Assembly (NCBI GenBank): GCA_963820525.1
Contig: CAWGAA010000001.1
Location: 960,001-1,024,000, forward strand
Reading direction: 5' to 3'
Length of the DNA: 64,000 nucleotides
Source of the DNA: an uncultured Spirochaetota bacterium
Lineage (GTDB): Bacteria > Spirochaetota > Spirochaetia > SZUA-6 > Fen-1364
The position numbers and the translations under genes are program-made. Shown piece after piece: positions 10,241-20,854 of this stretch (position 1 is the stretch's first letter; every line of letters starts with the position of its first letter). The notes beneath the pieces were generated by a model. That model saw only the letters and a program-made list of their open reading frames with translations, searched no databases and was not told the origin of the DNA.

Positions 10241-11304
10241 GTGAGAGTCCTGTACGATTACCAGGCTTTTCTGCAGCGCCAGGGAGGCATTCCCCGCTAT
10301 TTCGTTGAACTGATAGGAGCGTTGGAGGAAATAGGCGTTGATGCGCGCCTGCCGAAGCTTTTCTCCGACAGCGAATACCTCGAATACGGGATGACATTCC
10401 TTACCCGGCGTCATTTCAAGGGAAAGGAAAAGATCTTGAATGCTTTGAACAGGATCCGGGCAGCTCGGGCGCTCAAGGGCGATTTCGATCTCTTTCACCC
10501 GACGTATTACAGCCCGTACTTCCTGAAAGCCTTGAAACGGCCGTTCGTGATCACGGTACACGACATGATTCACGAGCTATTCCCTTCCGACTATATCCGC
10601 GACGACGGCACCGCGAGAAACAAGCGCATTGTGTGCGAGAAGGCTTCAAGAATCATCGCCGTAAGCACGAACACAAAGAACGACCTCTGCCGGCTGCTGA
10701 ACGTGCCGGAGGCAAAGGTCACCGTCATCCCTCACGCCACGAGCCTGCGTTATGATGGCGGCCCCCGCGTTTTCGAGAGACCGTACATTCTGTACGTCGG
10801 TGCGCGCTCCGGATACAAGAACTTCGCGACCATGCTCGAAGCCGCTGCGACGATACTCCCCCGGCATGGAGTTGACCTTGTATGCGCTGGGGGGGAGACC
10901 TCTCACGCGAAGAGAAGGAGGCCGTTCGCGCGTATGGGCTCTCCGGTCGCGTCTCTCATTTCCCATCGCCTTCGCCTCAGCAGCTGTCGAGCCTGTACCA
11001 TTTCTCTTCCGTGTTCTGCTACCCGTCTCTCTACGAGGGGTTCGGCTTCCCGCTCCTGGAAGCATTCGCCTGCGGGTGCCCCGTTGCCGCCAGCTCAACG
11101 TCTTCCATCCCCGAGGTGGCGGGCGAAGCAGCCGAGTACTTCGAGCCCCTGTCCGCCGACTCGATCCGGATCGCGATCGAGAGAGTCCTTACCGATCAAT
11201 CTCACGCAAGGAAGCTATCATCGGCCGGAACATCTCGATTGAGCTCTTTTTCATGGAAGGATTCGGCCCTGAAAACGCTCGAAGTGTATCGCGAAGCATC
11301 ATGA
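10241..11304 (+). CDS. GT4 (MtfB-like) glycosyltransferase, frameshifted at G7 10889-10895
   Basis: N-half (QRQGGIPRYF, FHPTYY, TVHDMIHE, YVGARSGYKNF) and C-half (YPSLYEGFGFPLLEAFACGCP) lie in different frames; one extra G joins them. Confidence 0.85.
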
Positions 11305-12260
11305 AACCTCCTGTCTTTGCCACACCAGTCCTCTTCCTTGTTTTCAATCGGCCCGAGACGACGCGGCGGGTGCTGGAGGCGATACGGCGTGTCCAGCCGG
11401 GAAGGCTTTACGTGGCCGCAGACGGCGTCCGCGCGGATCACGCAGAAGACAAGGAGCGTTGCGAGAAGGTGCTCGACCTGATTCGCAGTGGAATTGACTG
11501 GGACTGCGATGTCAAATACCTTTCGCGGTCGAGGAACCTTGGATGTAAACATGCGGTCAGCTCCGCTATCACTTGGTTTTTTCAGAATGTCGATGAGGGG
11601 ATCATTATCGAGGACGATTGTCTTCCTGCTCCGCAGTTCTTTCACTTCTGCACCGCTCTTCTTGCCCGATACCGCGATGTGCCGCGGGTGGCGCATGTCT
11701 GCGGCTTTAATTGCCAGCGGGGAAGGGTCCGGGGCGACGGATCGTACTATTTTTCCCGCTACTTCCACGTATGGGGCTGGGCGAGCTGGCGGCGCGCGTG
11801 GAGCGGCTATGACGTCGAGATGCGCGATTACCGGGCGTTCCTCGAGTCGGGCTGTCTCGACAACCTCTTTGAACGACGATCCCTGCGTGAATACTGGAGA
11901 GAAATCTTCGATGCGACGGCAGCAGGGAAGGTGAACACCTGGGACTACCAGTGGGTCTACCGGAATTTCAAGGAAGACCGACTGGCGGTTGTGCCGAATT
12001 TCAATATGATGGAGAACATTGGCTTTGGAGCGAGCGCTACACACACGTCGTCCGGCAGCCGGCGTGCGCCACCCGTTGCAAGTGCGATACCCGATGTGTT
12101 CGTCCCTCCCAGCTTCACGGTGCCAAGCAGGGCCGCGGATGACTTCACCTACCGGAATCATCTCAAGCTCGGCCGCTTTTACGATATGAAACACGCCGTC
12201 AAGAGGGTCCTGGGGATCGGGCCCGCGGCAGAAAGCCCGGCTGGCGCGGTGCTCCCATGA
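11301..12260 (+). CDS. Nucleotide-diphospho-sugar transferase (HlpA-like, GT-A)
   Basis: PVLFLVFNRP, YVAADG, IIIEDDC, HVWGWASWRRAW, TWDYQW and NIGFG..ATHT motifs. Confidence 0.85.
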   Translation: MKPPVFATPVLFLVFNRPETTRRVLEAIRRVQPGRLYVAADGVRADHAEDKERCEKVLDLIRSGIDWDCDVKYLSRSRNLGCKHAVSSAITWFFQNVDEGIIIEDDCLPAPQFFHFCTALLARYRDVPRVAHVCGFNCQRGRVRGDGSYYFSRYFHVWGWASWRRAWSGYDVEMRDYRAFLESGCLDNLFERRSLREYWREIFDATAAGKVNTWDYQWVYRNFKEDRLAVVPNFNMMENIGFGASATHTSSGSRRAPPVASAIPDVFVPPSFTVPSRAADDFTYRNHLKLGRFYDMKHAVKRVLGIGPAAESPAGAVLP

Positions 12261-12994
12261 TTCCCAAGATCATTCACCAGACATCGCGGTCCGCCGAGAT
12301 CCCGGAGCGATGGCGGAGGTTTCAAGAAAAAGTGAAGACGCTGCATCCCGGCTGGGACTACAGGCTGTGGACGGACGCAAGCAACATCGCTCTTGTCAAA
12401 AGGGCTGCGCCGCACCTGCTTGCGCTCTACCGGTCTCTTGCGAAAAACATAATGAGAGCGGACATGATCCGCTACATACTCATGGATGTCTTCGGAGGGC
12501 TCTACGTGGATTTCGACTACGAATTCCTTAAGCCTTTCGACATGCTGGACAAGCGCATCGTTCTTCCAAGAGAAACCAACGACACGGCGGGGTTGGTTCT
12601 GGGCAACTCGATCATGGCATCCGAACCGGGTCACCCATTCTGGAAAAGGGTTCTGAGAGAGCTCGAAAGAAGCGTTAGCGCATTGCACCGGAATCCGATT
12701 GAAGACGAAGTCAACGGGCTGACTGGCCCGGGCCTGGTCACCCGCACCTACTTGAAAGATCCATCGCTCAATGACGGGATCCATATTCCCTCTCGGGTTC
12801 AATTCAATCCGATAATCCCCACGAACGAGGCCGAGTACGCCGCTCTCGCGGCTGCGGGCGAAGCCTATGGAATCCACTTTTGCGACGGTACCTGGACGGC
12901 GAAAAAGTACCCGCAACGGCTCCTTCGAAAGACTGAGTACCTGTGGAGCCGATTCAGAGACGCGCGGAGCAAAGAGAGAGGAGACCGTGAATGA
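12257..12994 (+). CDS. GT32 glycosyltransferase
   Basis: MIPKIIHQT, RADMIRY..GGLYVDFD, NSIMASEPGHPFW, TGPG. Confidence 0.9.
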   Translation: MIPKIIHQTSRSAEIPERWRRFQEKVKTLHPGWDYRLWTDASNIALVKRAAPHLLALYRSLAKNIMRADMIRYILMDVFGGLYVDFDYEFLKPFDMLDKRIVLPRETNDTAGLVLGNSIMASEPGHPFWKRVLRELERSVSALHRNPIEDEVNGLTGPGLVTRTYLKDPSLNDGIHIPSRVQFNPIIPTNEAEYAALAAAGEAYGIHFCDGTWTAKKYPQRLLRKTEYLWSRFRDARSKERGDRE

Positions 12995-13776
12995 CAGGAA
13001 TCGTGGTCCCGGTGGCGACACGATATGAAACGATTGCTCTGCGAAACCTGAAGCGACTACGCCATCTCTATGGCATCGACCTCCCGATCGAGATCTGGGA
13101 AGTGGAAAACGAGATCTCCCCTGAGCGCCGGGGGGAATTCTCACAGCTTGGCAGCGTTACCTACAGGAACGTCAGAGACCACTCCACCGTTACCGGACAT
13201 TGGAAAGGTGTCCAGGTGAAGGCCTTTGCCGCCCGCCACACTTCTTTCGAGGAGTTTCTTCTCTGCGACGCCGATGTGACGTTCCTGCGCAACCCCCTTG
13301 TTGTACTCGGGGACAGGGGCTACAAGGACACGGGTTCGTACTTCTTCCGGGACTTGGCAGCCTGGAAGTTCAAGGGATTGAGCCCCTCGAGCGCTGATAA
13401 GTTTTCAAGTCTCCCCTTCTTCTCTGCCCGGCGCGCCTGGATACTCGGCCTGCTGCCGCAGAAAGTGGAGATGTTCCCCCAGGAATGGAGCTATATCTAC
13501 GAAGCCGACTATCCGAGGAAACCTGTGCACGAGGCGTACATGGAAGCAGGTGCGCTCTATTTCGATCGCACTCGCCATCGGGATACCCTCGACATCGTGT
13601 ACCGCCTTAATGAAAACCACGAAGAGACCTACCGATACGTGTTGGGTGACAAGGAAACGTGGTGGATCGCATGCTGCATGTGCCGCAAAACGTTCACCAT
13701 GAACCCCCGCTTCCCCGTGATGGTCAGGAAACTGACGCAATTCTACGGGATGCTGCCCTTCTACGTTCAGAAATGA
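12991..13776 (+). CDS. GT71/MNN-like alpha-mannosyltransferase family protein
   Basis: LPIEIW, KAFA...SFEEFLLCDAD, YKDTGSYFFRD, MEAG and GDKETWW resemble the Mannosyl_trans3 motif series. Confidence 0.65.
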   Translation: MTGIVVPVATRYETIALRNLKRLRHLYGIDLPIEIWEVENEISPERRGEFSQLGSVTYRNVRDHSTVTGHWKGVQVKAFAARHTSFEEFLLCDADVTFLRNPLVVLGDRGYKDTGSYFFRDLAAWKFKGLSPSSADKFSSLPFFSARRAWILGLLPQKVEMFPQEWSYIYEADYPRKPVHEAYMEAGALYFDRTRHRDTLDIVYRLNENHEETYRYVLGDKETWWIACCMCRKTFTMNPRFPVMVRKLTQFYGMLPFYVQK

Positions 13777-13809
13777 CGTCCATTTCTCTGCCGAAAACGG
13801 GGGGAAGAC

Positions 13810-14595
13810 GTGAGCACGCCGATCAAGACGTATGTCATCAATCTTGCCGAGGCGACCGAGCGAAGACGGTTCATGGAGGCCCACCTGGCCCTGTTTCCGT
13901 TCCTGGACGTCGAGTTCGTTTCGGCAATCCGAGGCGGAGATCTCTCGGCGGAGGAACTGTCTCGGTGCGTGGACGTGAATGCTTGCCGCGACCTTGTCGG
14001 ACGTGAGCTATACCCCGGAGAGCTCGGATGCGCGCTTTCCCACCTCGAAGCCATGAAGAGAATGGAGGCGGAAAAGGAAGCCCGGGCGCTCATTTTGGAA
14101 GACGACGCGCTTGTCAGCGGCATGCTGCATCGAATCGTTGACGAGCTGGACGAGGCGATCCGATTCGATGGGCCCAGCGTGATCCTTATGACGCCCTGCG
14201 AATATGTCGCGGCGGGCGGACGAGCATTAAGCAACGACTACGCGATTCGGCCGGTATTCGAGGCGTTCTACGCAACGGGGTACCTCATCAATGGCGAGGC
14301 GGCGCGCGTCCTCAGGAGAGAGCTTCTGCCTCTGAAGATGCCCATAGACTGGTGGAAGGCAATCCGAAGCTTGACGGGAATCAATCTGGCGGCTCTCGTG
14401 CCCTATTGCGTGGGCCTGTCGCTGTCTGAGAATATGCATTCTTCCACGGCCGCACGGAACGGCAATGGGACCGATGCGCAAACTGAAAAACCGGCCACGG
14501 GCCTCCTGGCCGCCTTTTTGGATTTTTTAAAAAGAGCGAGACGCGGCATCAATGCTCGCATGCGCCGCATCAAGGCGCAACGAATCGTCTTTTAG
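13810..14595 (+). CDS. GT25 (Lex2B/LgtB-like) glycosyltransferase
   Basis: YVINL...RR, GELGCALSH, LILEDD, GYLI...A, PID. Confidence 0.9.
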   Translation: MSTPIKTYVINLAEATERRRFMEAHLALFPFLDVEFVSAIRGGDLSAEELSRCVDVNACRDLVGRELYPGELGCALSHLEAMKRMEAEKEARALILEDDALVSGMLHRIVDELDEAIRFDGPSVILMTPCEYVAAGGRALSNDYAIRPVFEAFYATGYLINGEAARVLRRELLPLKMPIDWWKAIRSLTGINLAALVPYCVGLSLSENMHSSTAARNGNGTDAQTEKPATGLLAAFLDFLKRARRGINARMRRIKAQRIVF

Positions 14596-14601
14596 CTCGC
14601 G

Positions 14602-15513
14602 ATGATTCTGCTTTTCACCATCGGCGGCCGTACGGGAAATCAACTTTTCCAGCTCGCGTATGCGATGAGCAGGAGAAGAAAAGGAGAATGGCTTGTCAGC
14701 GCGGGCTACGGAGATACGAGATCGTTTCTCGCGGGCGCGTGCAAAAAACGCTGGGTGAACATTGAGGCGCTGTCTCTGCGCTTCGTCATCGAGCGACTCG
14801 TGTACCCCGTGATTTACCGCGTGCTTGTCACCACGGGTCTCGTAGCATCGCATTATGAAAACTGCGACATCTATTCCATCCGGCGCGGGAAGATCAGATG
14901 CATAAGAATAATGAAAGGATACTTCCAGTCTTCCCAGCGGCAGGCGGCGGATCTTTCACATCAGATGCGTATCAGTGAATCCCTCCGGGCAAAGGTCAGG
15001 CCAATACTGGCATCCATGACAAACGGACTGCCGCCGGTATTCGTTCACGTTCGCAGGTCGGATTTCAGCGGGGTGATCATTGGAGGGCAGAGCGCTCAAC
15101 TGCCGGACCGCTACTACCTGACCGCAGTGAGCCGGCTCCGTCAACGCCATCCCTGGCTCTTTTTCTTGATTGTGGGAGACGACCCCGACTATGGGGAGCA
15201 TCTCTTCAAAGACATCACACCGAAATACGTTTCTCGCCTTTCCGCCCGGGAAGAGCTTGCGCTCATGTCCCTCTGCGAGGGAGGAGTGCTTTCGAGCAGC
15301 ACGTTCGCCTGGTGGGGGGCTTTTTTCAGCAGGCCCGCGATAGGCTACATCGCGCCGAAGTACTGGTCGGGATGGAATGTGAAGAAATGGCTTCCGCCCG
15401 AGCTTCCGGGGCGCCTTCGTAACCGAATATATCGACATCTAAGGGATGCAGAATGGTGTTTTTTCACGCAACAGGGGGGCGGTTGGGGAACCAGCTGTTT
15501 CAGACCGCGGTGA
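14602..15513 (+). CDS. GT11 alpha-1,2-fucosyltransferase family; true stop may be 15442 via an indel near 15405
   Basis: GRTGNQLFQ, GYFQS, VHVRRSD, SSSTFAWWGAF, APKYW. Confidence 0.88.
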   Translation: MILLFTIGGRTGNQLFQLAYAMSRRRKGEWLVSAGYGDTRSFLAGACKKRWVNIEALSLRFVIERLVYPVIYRVLVTTGLVASHYENCDIYSIRRGKIRCIRIMKGYFQSSQRQAADLSHQMRISESLRAKVRPILASMTNGLPPVFVHVRRSDFSGVIIGGQSAQLPDRYYLTAVSRLRQRHPWLFFLIVGDDPDYGEHLFKDITPKYVSRLSAREELALMSLCEGGVLSSSTFAWWGAFFSRPAIGYIAPKYWSGWNVKKWLPPELPGRLRNRIYRHLRDAEWCFFTQQGGGWGTSCFRPR

Positions 15514-16307
15514 TAGAACGCAGAAGAAGACCGCGGGAACTTGTCGTCACGACACAGATGCCCGAGTCGCGCGTGTTCCTCGGCCGTCTTCGACGGTACA
15601 GGGATTTTTCCAACCCCTTCCTGGTGAATCTTGTCGACCATGCGGTAAGCCGATTCATCGTGTGGCCCTTGATCAACCTGCGGCTCATCTCTTCCGTTGT
15701 CCAGGACGGCGGCAATGGGGTTCGAGAGACCAGAGGCGTCCTGCCGATCACCTATTTCCGCGGATATTTCCAGGCGCCGAAATACTTCCAGCCCACCTGC
15801 ATATCGAAAGACTGGATACGGCGGTCCTTCCGGGATTCGGCGCTGCATCGTATTCACGACGCAGAGGGAAGACTTCCTCTATTCATCCATGTCAGGCGCA
15901 GCGACTACGGCAATTACCGGGCGGACGGCCGTTCATCGGCGCTTCTCCCTCTCAGCTACTACAGGTCCGCGGTTTCCATTCTCCGCGGTTCGGTTCGGGA
16001 TCCCCATTTCTTCCTTCTGGGCGACGACCCTTCCTGGTGCGAAGAGCAGTTCGCCGAGCTGCCTCACAAGACGATCTCGAGGGGCTCGAGCTACGAGGAT
16101 CTCGCCTTGATGAGCCTCTGCGCAGGAGGGGTGACGTCCAACAGCAGCTTTGCCTGGTGGGGAGCCTTTCTCTGCGCACGGACAGCGCCCATCATCGCTC
16201 CGAGGTACTGGTTCGGCTGGAGGAAGAAAGAGTGGCTGCCCCAGGGCATCGAGGAGAGCGATTTTCAGTTCATAGAAGTCGTCGACGAAGAGAGGAAAAA
16301 TCTATGA
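15453..16307 (+). CDS. GT11 alpha-1,2-fucosyltransferase family, tandem paralog
   Basis: GRLGNQLFQ, GYFQ, IHVRRSDY, SNSSFAWWGAFL. Confidence 0.9.
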   Translation: MVFFHATGGRLGNQLFQTAVIERRRRPRELVVTTQMPESRVFLGRLRRYRDFSNPFLVNLVDHAVSRFIVWPLINLRLISSVVQDGGNGVRETRGVLPITYFRGYFQAPKYFQPTCISKDWIRRSFRDSALHRIHDAEGRLPLFIHVRRSDYGNYRADGRSSALLPLSYYRSAVSILRGSVRDPHFFLLGDDPSWCEEQFAELPHKTISRGSSYEDLALMSLCAGGVTSNSSFAWWGAFLCARTAPIIAPRYWFGWRKKEWLPQGIEESDFQFIEVVDEERKNL

Positions 16308-17098
16308 GACCATGGCTGAAGAAAGTGTCGATCCGGCTCGCCAATTCACTCTACAACGCCACGGCAAGGGAGATCCCTCCGGTCTGCAGCCTGCCGCCAG
16401 AGCCGCTTCGCGCCCTCAATGAGTACTTCGACGCGATCTGGGTGTTGACGATCAACCGCAACGCAGACAGATGCGAGCACATACGGCGTCAGTTCGAGGG
16501 ATTGCGCTTCGACTTCTACCAAGGAATAGACGGCAGAACCCTGGACGAAAGCGACGCGCGAATCGATCTCCGGCGCGCTTCTGAAAACAACGGACGGCCA
16601 GTTCACATAAACGAAACGGCGTGCACGCTGTCGCATATCACCATGTTCCAGCAGATTCTGGCCAAGGGTTTTCAGAGGACGCTCATTTTCGAGGATGATG
16701 CCGCCCTGGTTCACGACGCGGCGCACTGGATACAGTACTGCCTGGAAAGAATGCCTGAGGATTGGGAGCTTCTCTACCTGGGCTACGGCGACGGCGAGCT
16801 CCGGGGATACCTTCGTGAGTTTCAGGAACGCTTTGGGCGTCACCGAGATCCAGTAGAGGTGGTCTCACGCTCGGTGGGCCGCGGAATCAGAACAGCTGCC
16901 GGCCACGACTTCACCCATGCATATGCAGTGACCTTCCAGGGTGCTGGAAAGCTGCTCGAAGACGCATATCCTGTGCGGTACACGGCCGACGGCTGGCTGG
17001 AGCAGAAAGTGCTGCAGGGAAAGATAACCGCTTACATAACGATTCCAAAGCTCTTCGTTCAGCAGTCAGATCTGGGATCCTCAATCCATAGAACGTGA
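16304..17098 (+). CDS. GT25 glycosyltransferase
   Basis: ATG 16304 overlaps the previous stop; ETACTLSH, LIFEDD, WELLYLG, THAYAV. Confidence 0.85.
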   Translation: MRPWLKKVSIRLANSLYNATAREIPPVCSLPPEPLRALNEYFDAIWVLTINRNADRCEHIRRQFEGLRFDFYQGIDGRTLDESDARIDLRRASENNGRPVHINETACTLSHITMFQQILAKGFQRTLIFEDDAALVHDAAHWIQYCLERMPEDWELLYLGYGDGELRGYLREFQERFGRHRDPVEVVSRSVGRGIRTAAGHDFTHAYAVTFQGAGKLLEDAYPVRYTADGWLEQKVLQGKITAYITIPKLFVQQSDLGSSIHRT

Positions 17099-17105
17099 GC
17101 GTTTC

Positions 17106-18143
17106 ATGAAAACACTGAAGATCCGATTTCTCGATTTCTGGCCTGGGTTCGATCCCGAGAACAACCCGTTCATGGAGGTTCTCAGGGCGCATTTCCAGGT
17201 GGATCGTACCGGAGAGCCGCAATTCATCGTATACTCGACATACGGGTACTCCCATCTCGATTACGATGTTCCGCGAGTCTTCTACACCGCCGAAAACGTC
17301 CGCCCGGATTTCAACATTTGCGATTACGCGCTCGGATACGACCGCATGAGTTTCGGGGATCGATACCGCAGATTCCCACTCTACCTGTTTGAAAGACAGA
17401 AAGATCTCCACGAGATAAGCGCGAGAAAGTTTGAGCCGGGCCCCCGGAAGTTCTGCAGTTTCGTCTATTCGAACCCGGACGCCGACCCGGCGAGGGACAT
17501 TTTCTTTCATCTTCTCTCGCGCTACAAGCCCGTTGACTCGGCGGGAAGGCACCTGAACAACACCGGGTACAAGGTGATGGACAAGGTCTCCTTCCAGCGC
17601 AATTACAAGTTCTCGATCGCCTTCGAAAACAGCTCCACTCCCGGGTACTCGACTGAGAAGATCCTGGACGCGTATTGCGCGGGAACAATACCCATCTACT
17701 GGGGAGATCCGGATATCGCCCAGGATTTCGACTCCGCATCTTTCATCAACTGCCACGAGTACAAGAGTTTCGAGGAAGTCATGGAACGGGTCGTCGCCCT
17801 GGACACCGTTGACAGCGAGTACGCGCGAGTTTATGAAGCGCCATTCTTTCGCCGGCGGATCTCGGGGTACACTTTCGAACCGGGGTTCGAAGAGTTCTTC
17901 GTCCATATTTTCCAACAGGACAGGGAGGCGGCATTCAGGCGCAACCGGCAGTTCTGGGGCAAGGCATATGAGACCCAGAGAAGGAAGTTCGCCAGCTACA
18001 TCGCCCGATTGGAAAGAAGGCCGCTCTTCAACCTCATGGAGCATATACGAATGATCGGGATTCCCGCTACAGTCAGGAAGCTCGCGCAAAAGCTCGACGC
18101 GAAAAAGCGGGAGAGAAAGGAAGCGAGGCTACGGGACGCATAA
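17106..18143 (+). CDS. GT10 alpha-1,3-fucosyltransferase family
   Basis: FYTAENVRPDFN.CDYA.G.D, KFCSFVYSN, YKFSIAFENS...GYSTEKI..A....IPIYWG. Confidence 0.92.
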   Translation: MKTLKIRFLDFWPGFDPENNPFMEVLRAHFQVDRTGEPQFIVYSTYGYSHLDYDVPRVFYTAENVRPDFNICDYALGYDRMSFGDRYRRFPLYLFERQKDLHEISARKFEPGPRKFCSFVYSNPDADPARDIFFHLLSRYKPVDSAGRHLNNTGYKVMDKVSFQRNYKFSIAFENSSTPGYSTEKILDAYCAGTIPIYWGDPDIAQDFDSASFINCHEYKSFEEVMERVVALDTVDSEYARVYEAPFFRRRISGYTFEPGFEEFFVHIFQQDREAAFRRNRQFWGKAYETQRRKFASYIARLERRPLFNLMEHIRMIGIPATVRKLAQKLDAKKRERKEARLRDA

Positions 18144-18169
18144 GAGAAAACACCGGGCGCCGCGCGCTC

Positions 18170-19057
18170 TTGAGGGTGTATCGGTTCTTGTGGAAGCCCA
18201 GGCGATGGTCGTATCCGGCCCGGATAGAGAGCGCGGAAGAGGGCAACGCATCTCTGGCGGCCGCAATCGAAAGCGGCAAGCCGTTTCTCGCGGGCCGTTT
18301 CGGCAGCGTTGAACTCAACAGCCTGGAGAGATTCATCAGAGCTCGCAACCCATCGAAGAGATACAGCCAAAAATTGAAGAGCGACATATCAAAGAACGCC
18401 GGCTTCTTCCCCACCGACGATCTATCGATGGATGGGTTCGGCCGCATCTACGCACAGTCCATCGCTGCGCTTGATTTTGCCGGAGTATGGTTCAACCGAT
18501 ACGAGGATCTGGCAGTGAGGAGGCTCTGCCCGCTGGCCCGGCTCGTTCCCCTCATCTCGCTGGAGCCCTACTTTTTTTTAGAGCCATGGAGCCGCGCCCT
18601 GGAAGGCAGGCGTGTTCTTGTCGTGCACCCTTTTGCCGCCAGCATCCAGGGAAGCTTTCGCGAAGCGAGGGCCCGTCTCTTCGAGAACCCGCGGGTCCTT
18701 CCCTCCTTCCATCTTCTCACGCTCAAGGCCGTTCAGTCGCACGCCGGCGCCTCATGCGGCTTTGCATCGTGGTTCGACGCGTTGAGCTTCATGAAGGATC
18801 GGATAAGAGCTCTTGATTTCGATGTCTGTATTGTCGGGGCCGGTGCATACGGGCTTCCCCTTGCGGCATTCGCGAAGAACCTGGGAAAGCAGGCAATTCA
18901 CATGGGAGGCGCTTCCCAGGTCCTCTTCGGCATCATCGGCAGGCGTTGGGAAGAGCACCCCATCATCAAGACCTTCATCAATTCAGCCTGGCGGAGGCCG
19001 ACCGCGGACGAAACGCCTCCGGATGCTCGCCTGGTCGAGAATGGGTGCTACTGGTAG
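18170..19057 (+). CDS. Conserved hypothetical protein of polysaccharide loci
   Basis: [38 protein letters not shown]...VENGCYW; TTG start is uncertain. Confidence 0.7.
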   Translation: MRVYRFLWKPRRWSYPARIESAEEGNASLAAAIESGKPFLAGRFGSVELNSLERFIRARNPSKRYSQKLKSDISKNAGFFPTDDLSMDGFGRIYAQSIAALDFAGVWFNRYEDLAVRRLCPLARLVPLISLEPYFFLEPWSRALEGRRVLVVHPFAASIQGSFREARARLFENPRVLPSFHLLTLKAVQSHAGASCGFASWFDALSFMKDRIRALDFDVCIVGAGAYGLPLAAFAKNLGKQAIHMGGASQVLFGIIGRRWEEHPIIKTFINSAWRRPTADETPPDARLVENGCYW

Positions 19058-19083
19058 AGCCACGGAAGGCTCAAGGAGCAGCT

Positions 19084-20052
19084 ATGTACGAAAACCTTCC
19101 CCGATCCTTAAACACGCGGGTCCTGGTCACCGGCGGAGCCGGATTCTTGGGCAGCCACCTCTGTGAAAGGCTTCTCAAAGAGGGCTGCGACGTCATCTGC
19201 CTGGACAATTTCTTCACGGGGCAGAAACGGCACATCGCTCACCTCGTGGGGAACCCCTTCTTCGAGGTTGTCCGCCATGACGTGACCTTCCCGTACTACG
19301 CGGAGGTCGACCGTATCTTCAATCTTGCCTGCCCGGCCAGTCCGCCTCATTACCAGTTCGACCCGGTCCAAACAACGAAGACCTCCGTCCACGGGGCCAT
19401 CAACATGCTCGGCCTGGCCAAGCGGGTTCGCGCGCGCATCCTGCAGGCCTCAACAAGCGAGGTATATGGAGACCCCGAAGTGCACCCGCAGGTTGAGAGC
19501 TACTGGGGCCGTGTGAATCCCATTGGTGTGCGCTCCTGCTACGACGAGGGCAAGCGGTGCGCGGAGACCCTTTTCTTCGATTACTGGCGCCAGAACAGGG
19601 TGGACATCAAGGTTGTGCGCATCTTCAACACGTACGGTCCCCGGATGCATCCCTATGACGGCCGAGTGGTGAGCAACTTCATCGTCCAGGCGCTCAAAGG
19701 GGAGAACATCACAATCTTCGGAGACGGCTCGCAGACCCGCTCCTTCTGCTACGTCGACGATCTCATCGATGCCATGATTCTGATGATGGATGCTCCGGAG
19801 GATTTCACCGGCCCCGTGAACATCGGCAACCCCTCGGAGTTCACCATGCTGGAGCTTGCGAAGGTGGTCATTGAGCTTACCGGCTCCCGCTCCCGGCTGG
19901 AGTTCCAGCCTCTCCCGCAAGATGATCCCCGCCAGCGGAAACCCGACATCTCTCTGGCAGAGGAAAAGCTGGGCTGGAAGCCGAAGATCGAGCTCCGGAA
20001 GGGAATTGCAAGGACAATCGAATATTTCAAAAAGCTGTTGGCGGAATCGTGA
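19084..20052 (+). CDS. uxs: UDP-glucuronate decarboxylase (UDP-xylose synthase)
   Basis: [65 protein letters not shown]. Confidence 0.93.
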   Translation: MYENLPRSLNTRVLVTGGAGFLGSHLCERLLKEGCDVICLDNFFTGQKRHIAHLVGNPFFEVVRHDVTFPYYAEVDRIFNLACPASPPHYQFDPVQTTKTSVHGAINMLGLAKRVRARILQASTSEVYGDPEVHPQVESYWGRVNPIGVRSCYDEGKRCAETLFFDYWRQNRVDIKVVRIFNTYGPRMHPYDGRVVSNFIVQALKGENITIFGDGSQTRSFCYVDDLIDAMILMMDAPEDFTGPVNIGNPSEFTMLELAKVVIELTGSRSRLEFQPLPQDDPRQRKPDISLAEEKLGWKPKIELRKGIARTIEYFKKLLAES

Positions 20053-20068
20053 GGCAATTCCGTAACGA

Positions 20069-20854
20069 ATGCGGGGCTTGCACGGGGTCGGGATGGGCCG
20101 CTTCCCGCTGAACACTCTTCCCGTCTCAATCATCACCGTGGTCCGCAACGACATCGCGGGGCTCGAACGGACCATGGACAGCGTCGCGTCCCAGGATTAT
20201 CCGCGGATCGAATATATCGTGGTGGACGGCGCCTCGACCGACGGCACCCGCGAGCTCCTCGAGCGGCGCGCCGTTGAAATGCATCGCTGGATCAGCGAGC
20301 CGGACGGCGGCATCTATGAAGCGATGAACAAGGGGGCCCGGCTTGCATCCGGAGAGTACCTGCTCTTCATGAACGCGGGGGATTGCTTCGCGTCCCCGGA
20401 TGCGGTCTCCCGCATGTTCGTTCCGCGCCCGGACGCCGAGCTTCTCTGGGGTGACTGCATCATCCAGGGCACGCGGGGCGAGGAATACGACCCTGCACGG
20501 GACGTTGTCGGGAGACTTCACAGGCAAATGACGGTCTGCCACCAGAGCCTCTTCATACGGCGGGCCGCGCTCCTGGAAAGGCCCTACGACGAATCGCTGC
20601 GCATTGCCGCCGACTACGATTTTCTCTGCGAGCGGATCCTCGCAGGCGCATCCTGGGAACACCGTCCGCTGCCCGTGAGCAGGATAGATGACCAGGGTGT
20701 CTCTGTGCAGATCTTTCGCACGAGCATCAGCGAAAAGCGGCGAGTAGCCCTGGCGCGATTCCCCAAGAGGCGCGTCTCTATTCTTTTCCATTACTTTCTG
20801 CTGGAACTGTATATGAACGCGAAAGCCTTTCTGAAGGCGCTTCGTGCGCGCTGA
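20069..20854 (+). CDS. GT2 (WcaE/WfgS-like) glycosyltransferase
   Basis: SIITVV, VDGASTDGT, SEPDGGIYEAMNKG, FMNAGD, CHQS. Confidence 0.9.
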   Translation: MRGLHGVGMGRFPLNTLPVSIITVVRNDIAGLERTMDSVASQDYPRIEYIVVDGASTDGTRELLERRAVEMHRWISEPDGGIYEAMNKGARLASGEYLLFMNAGDCFASPDAVSRMFVPRPDAELLWGDCIIQGTRGEEYDPARDVVGRLHRQMTVCHQSLFIRRAALLERPYDESLRIAADYDFLCERILAGASWEHRPLPVSRIDDQGVSVQIFRTSISEKRRVALARFPKRRVSILFHYFLLELYMNAKAFLKALRAR

